A stretch of DNA of 38,674 bases from IMG/VR virus record IMGVR_UViG_3300021400_000048, positions 184,791 to 223,464 of that record. One strand, written 5' to 3'. The position numbers and the translations under genes were made by a program. The notes under the pieces are model-generated. The model made no database searches. It saw only the letters and a list, made by a program, of their open reading frames with translations, and was not told the DNA's origin. Within the stretch, counting starts at the first letter, position 1; each line of letters begins with the position of its first letter. Positions 32,410 to 38,674 of the stretch are shown here, in pieces. The stretch is from a virus (lineage: Duplodnaviria; Heunggongvirae; Uroviricota; Caudoviricetes).

Positions 32410-33159
32410 TTATTCCTCCTCAATTTTTTTACAGCAATTACCAACAGCATAAACAGTTGGAATGATAGTTGTTTGATTATCTTTATTTACTAAGATATAA
32501 TTATCTTCATCTTTTTCTAAAAAACCGTTAACTGTAGGAAAGCTATCAGGTAATTTATCATCTAACCAATAAATATCATTACAAATAATTTCATCAAAAT
32601 TATCTAATTCAATTTTATATGTAGTGTTTATTTGTATTAAATTACTGACATTTGTATTTGTTAAATACTGTAAGTTCTTTTTATTTGCGATTTTAAGCCT
32701 GATTCCTGGCTCATATTGCGTTTTTATATTTTTATCTATAAAATATACTAACTTGCACTTTTTTGCAATATCAGTCGCTAATTGACCTGCCTTATTACTA
32801 TGGCCAACAACTACAATAATATCATCTTTTGCAATTTCTTTGTGTGGATACTTGTAATAAAAATTTGTAAGTATATGATTTTTTATTGGGACTGTTTCGG
32901 TAGCAATTACTAAATGTGTACATAATAATAATTTACCATTTGTTAGCTCTAATGTAATTAAGCCGTGATTAAAACTTGCATATTCTACAGTGTCTGTAAA
33001 GTAGTCAACTCCATCAAAAGTTTTAATATTTTCTGGATAGCTTTTACTAATAAACCCAATATTAGCTGTAAGATTTTTCTTTAAGTAGCTTAGACCAGCA
33101 TTACTTGCCCCAACAATAATTGTATTGTAAATATTATTTTTTAATAGTTGTTTTGTCAT
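32410..33159 (-). CDS. Thioredoxin-reductase-like (FAD/NAD(P) Rossmann) homologue, degenerate
   Basis: TIIVGASNAG, LVIAT, VVVGHSNKA and DNYILVN...TIIPTVYAVGNC follow TrxB order; no redox CxxC. Confidence 0.65.
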   Translation of the reverse strand: MTKQLLKNNIYNTIIVGASNAGLSYLKKNLTANIGFISKSYPENIKTFDGVDYFTDTVEYASFNHGLITLELTNGKLLLCTHLVIATETVPIKNHILTNFYYKYPHKEIAKDDIIVVVGHSNKAGQLATDIAKKCKLVYFIDKNIKTQYEPGIRLKIANKKNLQYLTNTNVSNLIQINTTYKIELDNFDEIICNDIYWLDDKLPDSFPTVNGFLEKDEDNYILVNKDNQTTIIPTVYAVGNCCKKIEEE

Positions 33160-33181
33160 ATTTATTAACCTTTCTTATATT

Positions 33182-33194
33182 ATATTATACAATA
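33182..33194 (-). promoter_or_regulatory. SigA-like motif TATTGTATAAT fused to a terminator tail
   Basis: Repeated motif directly following the T-run of the 33195-33222 hairpin. Confidence 0.5.
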
Positions 33195-33222
33195 AAAAAG
33201 CCAGAAATTTAAAATTCCTGAC
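33195..33222 (-). terminator. Intrinsic terminator
   Basis: GTCAGGAATT...AATTTCTGGC-TTTTTT just after the cca stop. Confidence 0.65.
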
Positions 33223-33223
33223 A

Positions 33224-34642
33224 TTAATTCTTAGTGTAAGTTTCTAAAATGTGCTTAACTAAAATTTCCTTTTTATTTTCAAATTTTTCTTCCAAAACAT
33301 TTGTTAAACAATCTTCTAAAATAACTTTAAATTTTGGTCCTGGTTTATAGCCAAGCTTAATTAAGTCATTACCATTAACTGATAGATCTTTTAAAGAAAA
33401 GCATTCTTGCTCAGCTCTAATTTCTTCCAGAATGTCTAAATATTCCTTAATAAAAATAGGCTTTAAGTTACTATCTATTAATAATTTTTGATTATGAGTA
33501 TGTCTATCTGCATCTTTTAAATCAATTAACTTTTTAAATAATTCATATTTATCAATACTTTCTGAAGTAATAAAATTATTTATATTATTTAATATCTTTT
33601 TAACTGATTTCTTAGAATAAGCAATTTCAGCATCGTGATAGAGTATTAAACATATAACTTGTTTAATTATGTCATTTGGATATTTTAAAGTTTTTAAACA
33701 GTCTTCAGCTATTGAAGCACTTACGGCTGGATGGTCATAAAAATGTCCGTTAATTTGTCCATCAATAATTTCTTCTGTATAACAAGTTTTCTTACCAATA
33801 TCATGAAATAATGCAGCAAGTCTTGTAACTAGATCTTTTGGGCATAAAGTAATTACTTGTGAAGTATGTTGTGTTAGTACTTGATAAATATGCCATTTAT
33901 TGTTTTGAATTATAAATAAGTCCATCAACTTAGGAACTTTTACTGCTACTAACTTAATAAAGTCTTCAAAATATTCATTAATATTATTACTTAATAAATA
34001 CTTATCTAATTCATCTCTAATACGTTCATTAGAGATATTTCTGATTAAATGTAGATTTCTATCAATTACATATTTTGGTATTACAATTTCACCATTTAAT
34101 TGTGCAGCAAATCTATAAGCTCTTAAAATTCTTAAACCGTCTTCATTAAATCTTTGTGCTGGATTGCCGACAGTTTCTATTTTAATTTTTTCACCACACA
34201 AATCTTTTATGCCATTAAAATAATCATAAATACGTCCATTTAAATCTACAGCTAAAGCATTAATAGTTAGGTCTCTTCTAGCTAAGTCTTCTTTTAGAGA
34301 TGAAGTAAATTCTACTTTATCTGGATGTCTATTATCAGAATATTCACCATCAATTCTAAAAGTAGTTACTTCTATTGGATAACTTTCATATAAAATTGTA
34401 ATTGTTCCATGCTTTAAACCTGTTGGAATATATTTTAAATTTTGTTCTTCGCAAAGCTCAATCATTTGTTCTGGTAAAGCATTTGTTGTTAAATCATAAT
34501 CGTGTGGTTGCTTTTCTAAAAGTAAATCACGAACAGCTCCACCAACAATATAGATTTCATAGTTAGCTTCTTTAAAAATATTCATAACAGCTTTAATTTC
34601 TACTGGAACTTGTGTTAAATCTATCATATAATTTAAAGTCAT
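33224..34642 (-). CDS. cca: CCA-adding tRNA nucleotidyltransferase with HD domain
   Basis: VGGAVRD...DYD, EVTTFR, DLARRDLTINALA, RFNEDGLRILRAYRFAA, ALFHDIGK. Confidence 0.92.
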   Translation of the reverse strand: MTLNYMIDLTQVPVEIKAVMNIFKEANYEIYIVGGAVRDLLLEKQPHDYDLTTNALPEQMIELCEEQNLKYIPTGLKHGTITILYESYPIEVTTFRIDGEYSDNRHPDKVEFTSSLKEDLARRDLTINALAVDLNGRIYDYFNGIKDLCGEKIKIETVGNPAQRFNEDGLRILRAYRFAAQLNGEIVIPKYVIDRNLHLIRNISNERIRDELDKYLLSNNINEYFEDFIKLVAVKVPKLMDLFIIQNNKWHIYQVLTQHTSQVITLCPKDLVTRLAALFHDIGKKTCYTEEIIDGQINGHFYDHPAVSASIAEDCLKTLKYPNDIIKQVICLILYHDAEIAYSKKSVKKILNNINNFITSESIDKYELFKKLIDLKDADRHTHNQKLLIDSNLKPIFIKEYLDILEEIRAEQECFSLKDLSVNGNDLIKLGYKPGPKFKVILEDCLTNVLEEKFENKKEILVKHILETYTKN

Positions 34643-34672
34643 AAGCTGTTCTCCCTTCTATATTTTTATTAT

Positions 34673-35041
34673 TTATCTGCTTCTATCCCAACCACCACGA
34701 GAAAATCTTGGATCAAAATAAGCAGTTGACATCATACGAACTTGGTCTTTCATATTTTTAAATCCATATTCTTCTTTGGTTGCAGGCAAAGTTTCTAATT
34801 GAGAAATAATTGCATAAAGCTCATGTAAGTCCATATTATACCCTGAATCAATTGGCTCAAAACCATCACCTAAATCAGTGCATCTATGAAAAAATCCTTC
34901 ATCAGTTTGATAATAAGTAATTTTTACATTTGGGCCAAGACCTTGAACAGTTACTTTATTTTCTGGACTTAATGCAAAATACTTTAATAATGCTGGTAAA
35001 AATTCAATTTGATCAAAATAATCTATAGTTAAATTTTTCAT
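34673..35041 (-). CDS. Hypothetical protein (~122 aa)
   Basis: ORF; ATG 35041 after AGGTG RBS (ORF track starts at 35050). Confidence 0.7.
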   Translation of the reverse strand: MKNLTIDYFDQIEFLPALLKYFALSPENKVTVQGLGPNVKITYYQTDEGFFHRCTDLGDGFEPIDSGYNMDLHELYAIISQLETLPATKEEYGFKNMKDQVRMMSTAYFDPRFSRGGWDRSR

Positions 35042-35042
35042 A

Positions 35043-36020
35043 TTATTCACCTATATTAATAAGATTTTCTATATAAAATCTTCCTTCGCTAACAAAACAA
35101 GGAATATCATAATCTAAAATCCATTTAGATATTTCTTTAACTTTAATTTCTTCACCTTTAATTCCTACTTCCCCATCTATTTTATTTAAATAAAATATTG
35201 GATAAAAGTAAAAACCAAGATTATCAAAATAAAATTGGCCTATTCTATCTTTATAAGTAATTTGAGAATTATTTTCTACAACTTGTCCGTCATCTAAAAG
35301 ATATTTTACATCTTTAATGCAGCAAGTTCCACGCTTTTGTGGCGTTGGTAAATTACCCCAGATAATGCCCTTTTCAGTTTCTAACTTAGCTACTAATTCT
35401 TTACAAGATTTGCCCTCTAATTCTTTTTGTGAATAGTTAGCTTGTGCTACAGATAAAATAGAATTTCTTTCTGCATCTTTTTGTCGCCAAAGAACACAAT
35501 TAGTAACTTCTTCTTTTGGAATATTAAATACTCTTGCATCAAATACAGCACCTTTATTCAAAGCTTTAGTATATGCTGAGTAATAATTTTCAGCTAGCGT
35601 TTTTGTTCCAAACTTACCTAATTCAACAGCTTTATTATATATAGCTTCTTGTAAATTTTTACTAAAGTTTCTATTAAAAGCCAGTGTAGCCATTGAGGCA
35701 GAAATTGAAGTCATTTTTTGAACTTCATAATCAAACCATGCAGAAGTATCTAATTTATTATAATCAACTAATACTAATGTAATTTCATCAGATTGAGTAT
35801 AACCTAATACGCAACCTTGAATATTTTCACATAAATATTTCATTGTATCTTGCATAGTTTTCATAAAAATATCATCAAATGGTTTTTTAAAGCCTCTTGT
35901 AAAAGTATGAAAAGCTTTACCATCTAATCTAATAATTACAGGCATTCTACGAGTAAGTTTTATTTTAGAGACTTCCTCATAATATGTCTTCATTCTATTT
36001 CCTAAATTATCCTTAACCAT
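35043..36020 (-). CDS. Thg1-like protein (tRNA-His guanylyltransferase / 3'-5' polymerase)
   Basis: RLDGKAFHTFT, YTQSDEI, FDARVF, WRQKDA..NSI. Confidence 0.92.
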   Translation of the reverse strand: MVKDNLGNRMKTYYEEVSKIKLTRRMPVIIRLDGKAFHTFTRGFKKPFDDIFMKTMQDTMKYLCENIQGCVLGYTQSDEITLVLVDYNKLDTSAWFDYEVQKMTSISASMATLAFNRNFSKNLQEAIYNKAVELGKFGTKTLAENYYSAYTKALNKGAVFDARVFNIPKEEVTNCVLWRQKDAERNSILSVAQANYSQKELEGKSCKELVAKLETEKGIIWGNLPTPQKRGTCCIKDVKYLLDDGQVVENNSQITYKDRIGQFYFDNLGFYFYPIFYLNKIDGEVGIKGEEIKVKEISKWILDYDIPCFVSEGRFYIENLINIGE

Positions 36021-36053
36021 AGTTGACTCCTTTTCTAATATTTATTTTGTATT

Positions 36054-36536
36054 TTATTGTCTTCCTCAAATATCACTTTCATAATCATAGTAATCATCTT
36101 CATCGAATTCGTCTCTGATTCGAATTTCATCTCGTTTTCGAATTTCATTTCGTTTTTTCTCTTTTTCGATTGCATCATTAATTACATGCCAAGCTTCATA
36201 GCCAGAAACGCATTTGTAATTTTTTCCTTTTCTTTCATACCATTCTTTTTGTTTATCAGTTAATTCATGAGCATAAACATATCTTTCATTGAGGTCATCA
36301 AATTTGACTATCTCGTAAGTATCTATTTCATAATCAAAATCATCTTCATTGTATGAAGTAGTATAGCTTCCTAAAATAACATAATTAGGTCCAAAACCAA
36401 TGACATTATAAGAATGATACCTATTATAAATATATTTGTAATCTGAATCATCACGACAAACCATACATGGTATTAAGTTCATAAGTTCTTCATATGACTT
36501 ATCTTTAACTATGTCTTTAAAAAGAATTTTATCCAT
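36054..36536 (-). CDS. Hypothetical protein (ends at TGA 36066 under code 11, or at TAA 36054 if TGA=Trp)
   Basis: AGGAGG RBS before ATG 36536; ...YESDI-TGA-GRQ-TAA. Confidence 0.68.
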
Positions 36537-36765
36537 TTTTTCCTCCTGACTCAAGATTGTTTTCAAAGTTTTTTGATATTTCAGAATTATAATCTTCTGG
36601 TTCATAATTAATTATAACATCTTGTCCATAAGCTTCATAATTTTTAATTCTACCACAAATTGCACAATATTGCATTGTTTCAATAATACCAGCTTCATCA
36701 TAATAATTTTTAGAAATAAGATTTCTATCGCAATTATGTAGTATTTTATTTCTATAATCTGTCAT
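36529..36765 (-). CDS. Hypothetical protein (78 aa, HxC...CxxC)
   Basis: ORF with GAGG RBS. Confidence 0.68.
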   Translation of the reverse strand: MTDYRNKILHNCDRNLISKNYYDEAGIIETMQYCAICGRIKNYEAYGQDVIINYEPEDYNSEISKNFENNLESGGKNG

Positions 36766-36776
36766 TTTTACCTCTT

Positions 36777-37007
36777 TTATTCTTCGTCAGTATAGTTAGA
36801 GTTAATCCAATTACTATTTTCTTCTTTTTTAACTAATTTCATAGTAATAGTTGGTATACCGGATTCATCTATACTACACATATGGACGAATTTTAAATCA
36901 GGGTGATCTTTAAGATATTTCTCTGTTAATTCTTTTGCATGATTATCATAAAAGTCTTTAATTTTTTTATTTAGCTCACAAACTTCTTTAGGTTTTTTAT
37001 CTAACAT
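36777..37007 (-). CDS. Hypothetical protein (76 aa)
   Basis: ORF with AAGGA RBS. Confidence 0.65.
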   Translation of the reverse strand: MLDKKPKEVCELNKKIKDFYDNHAKELTEKYLKDHPDLKFVHMCSIDESGIPTITMKLVKKEENSNWINSNYTDEE

Positions 37008-37021
37008 AATTTTATTCCTTT

Positions 37022-38041
37022 TTATAATTCAAATTTATCATCAAATTCACCGTTAATAATTCTTTTATTAACTGACATAACCCACTCTTCAATTTTTTTC
37101 ATATCAGGCTTTTCAGGTAATTTTGAAGTTTCATAAGCTTCATTCATTCTTTTATCTAATGAATCAACCATTTCATAAAATTCTTTTGTCATACTACCAT
37201 TTTCATCCATATACTTACCATTTCTGATATCCATTAATAAATCATGGTCTTTATCACGATAAGTATGAACTTCACCTGTTTCTAACATTTCAATACACAT
37301 TGATAATAATCTAACAAGATGCATAGCATGTTTATTCAAATGTGCGTCATCTTTCTTTCTATTTCTATTTAGCAACTCTTTATAGTTTCTTGTGGTGTTA
37401 GAAACTGTTGCATAGAAATCTTCAAATTCGCCACTTTCAATATCAATATCTAATTTAAATCTTAATTTACCAGCTTCGTCGACATAAGCAAAAGCAGGAT
37501 TAATTTCCGTATTATGTTGATTATTAAAAGTAGTTAATGCACTTTGTAAAGAAACAGAAATATGTTCATTCTTTTCTTTCTCAGGATAGTTATCGCGAGC
37601 TAAAGCATTTTGTAATCTTTTTAAGTTAGCTTTTGCATAGCCTCCAAATGTAAACTTGCATCTTTTACTTAAAAATAAATCTTTATGATCTAATAATTCT
37701 TGACCTAATTTAGAAACATATAAATATTGGTCTGGATTTAAACCAATAATTTCAACAATATTAGGATTATTTTGCATTAACAATTGAATCATTTTATTAA
37801 AAGCAAAAATAGTAGTATCAGTCTTTTCATTAATAAATTGTTCAAACTTTTGATAGCCAATTAATTCCTCTGGCTTTTCAATAGCAATACCTCTAATATC
37901 TAAGTCAGATGTTGGAACATTAGTACCATAAGCATGTGAACCACCTAAACCTAATAAAATAATATTATTACCTAAATGTTCATTTTTATATAAAAAATCA
38001 TAATCTGGATTTTCTTTAATTAATTTTTTGTAATCTGTCAT
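37022..38041 (-). CDS. Nucleotidyltransferase, Nuc-transf/RlaP-like (Pol-beta superfamily)
   Basis: GGSHAYGTNVPTSDLDIRGI, NNPNIVE, KHAMHLVRLL, LLMDIRNG. Confidence 0.88.
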   Translation of the reverse strand: MTDYKKLIKENPDYDFLYKNEHLGNNIILLGLGGSHAYGTNVPTSDLDIRGIAIEKPEELIGYQKFEQFINEKTDTTIFAFNKMIQLLMQNNPNIVEIIGLNPDQYLYVSKLGQELLDHKDLFLSKRCKFTFGGYAKANLKRLQNALARDNYPEKEKNEHISVSLQSALTTFNNQHNTEINPAFAYVDEAGKLRFKLDIDIESGEFEDFYATVSNTTRNYKELLNRNRKKDDAHLNKHAMHLVRLLSMCIEMLETGEVHTYRDKDHDLLMDIRNGKYMDENGSMTKEFYEMVDSLDKRMNEAYETSKLPEKPDMKKIEEWVMSVNKRIINGEFDDKFEL

Positions 38042-38043
38042 AA

Positions 38044-38253
38044 TTATTCCTTCATGTATTTCTTTTCAAATTCAGCTTCGAGAACTTCTTTATTTTCATT
38101 ATAAAAGTTTTCAATATCATCAGCAGTATATCCTAAACACATAAAAATACAAGTTGATGGATTTGAAAAGCCTCCTTGGCAAGAGCCACAGCATCTAAGC
38201 TGCTTTTTGTCTGCAAATTTGTTAACTAAAAATTCTAACCATAAATTATGCAT
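38044..38253 (-). CDS. Small Cys-rich hypothetical protein (69 aa)
   Basis: ORF with GAGG RBS; CCGSC...CIFMC. Confidence 0.62.
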   Translation of the reverse strand: MHNLWLEFLVNKFADKKQLRCCGSCQGGFSNPSTCIFMCLGYTADDIENFYNENKEVLEAEFEKKYMKE

Positions 38254-38270
38254 ATATAAATACCTCTATA

Positions 38271-38283
38271 TAATTATACAATA
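38271..38283 (-). promoter_or_regulatory. SigA-like motif TATTGTATAAT
   Basis: Repeated motif abutting the terminator T-run after the tRNA. Confidence 0.5.
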
Positions 38284-38322
38284 AAAAAACTACTTTTAAG
38301 CAATATTTTGCAAAAAAGTAGT
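38283..38322 (-). terminator. Terminator downstream of tRNA
   Basis: ACTACTTTT...AAAAGTAGT stem followed by a T-run. Confidence 0.55.
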
Positions 38323-38332
38323 GAATTTTTAT

Positions 38333-38408
38333 TGGCGGTCCTACGGAGAGTTGAACTCCGACCTCCAGAGTGACAGTCTGGTATCATAAACTGTTAGACT
38401 ACAGGACC
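38333..38408 (-). tRNA. tRNA-Asp (GTC)
   Basis: 76 nt; acceptor GGTCCTG/TAGGACC plus GCCA end; anticodon arm CCAGA-CTGTCAC-TCTGG; T arm CGGAG-TTCAACT-CTCCG. Confidence 0.92.
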
Positions 38409-38414
38409 ACGAAG

Positions 38415-38674
38415 TTATAAAAGAATTCCAGACTTTATATGTTTCCGAAATTCTTGTTAGAAATATTCTAATTAAATTACCTCGCAAGCTAATTTATTAT
38501 ATATTTCCCGAGCTACACTTTTGTGCATCCACATTCAGCGACGCATCGCATAGTGCCTTAAAACATGAAGATTTTTTCAAAACTCATCATCTAACGATAA
38601 TGTTGATGGATAATCTTCAACCTGCTTCACTTCCCTCTTCGAGACGCACTGTTAAAGTAATCGAAGTCTTTGAT
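38415..38674 (-). ncRNA. Candidate 3' part of a large structured ncRNA (truncated by window edge)
   Basis: No long ORF, higher GC than its surroundings, several nested stems (38421-32/38444-55; 38566-73/38612-19 enclosing 38588-38608), immediately upstream of a tRNA. Confidence 0.45.

Noticed and set aside
21136-36020. Bacterial chromosome origin (topA, def, sbcCD, trxB, cca look cellular)
   Set aside because: These genes are co-oriented and interleaved with portal, terminase and many phage-type hypotheticals, and several are degenerate; this fits a large phage genome.
304-36263. All plus-strand ORFs in the track (e.g. 16617..17078, 20396..20596, 28353..28640)
   Set aside because: Antisense shadows of minus-strand genes, with low-complexity S/F/L/C-rich translations and no recognisable motifs.
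38333-38408. tRNA as a UGA suppressor, because its loop CTGTCAC contains TCA
   Set aside because: In the canonical 7-nt loop the anticodon is GTC, and discriminator G73 fits Asp; TCA is off-register.

Overview
A 38.7-kb fragment of a large, AT-rich tailed dsDNA phage; every supported gene is on the minus strand. The supplied code-11 ORF track is shattered over ~1-29.4 kb because TGA is read as Trp there. Joining same-frame fragments across TGA restores intact genes: PhoH, T4 gp20-like portal, large terminase, three long multidomain proteins (Nudix + ADP-ribosyltransferase-like + SWIM; a 1104-aa protein with a Pol-beta nucleotidyltransferase; a 1212-aa acidic polyprotein), a MoxR AAA+/zincin/VWA trio, topoisomerase IA, a possible late sigma factor and SbcC. 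The genes from ~29.4-38.3 kb (SbcD, CCA-adding enzyme, Thg1-like, RlaP-like nucleotidyltransferase and others) use only TGG for Trp. By manual count that is ~80 TGA vs ~22 TGG on the left and 0 internal TGA vs ~28 TGG on the right, which suggests a phage that switches genetic code between early and late genes. Also present: two classes of repeated promoter-like motifs (TTGCTAAATTA and TATTGTATAAT), mostly fused to terminators; repeated L-x-E putative head-protease sites; three catalytically degenerate enzyme homologues; a tRNA-Asp; and a probable large structured ncRNA cut by the right edge. All product calls come from motif recognition by eye, with no database searches.
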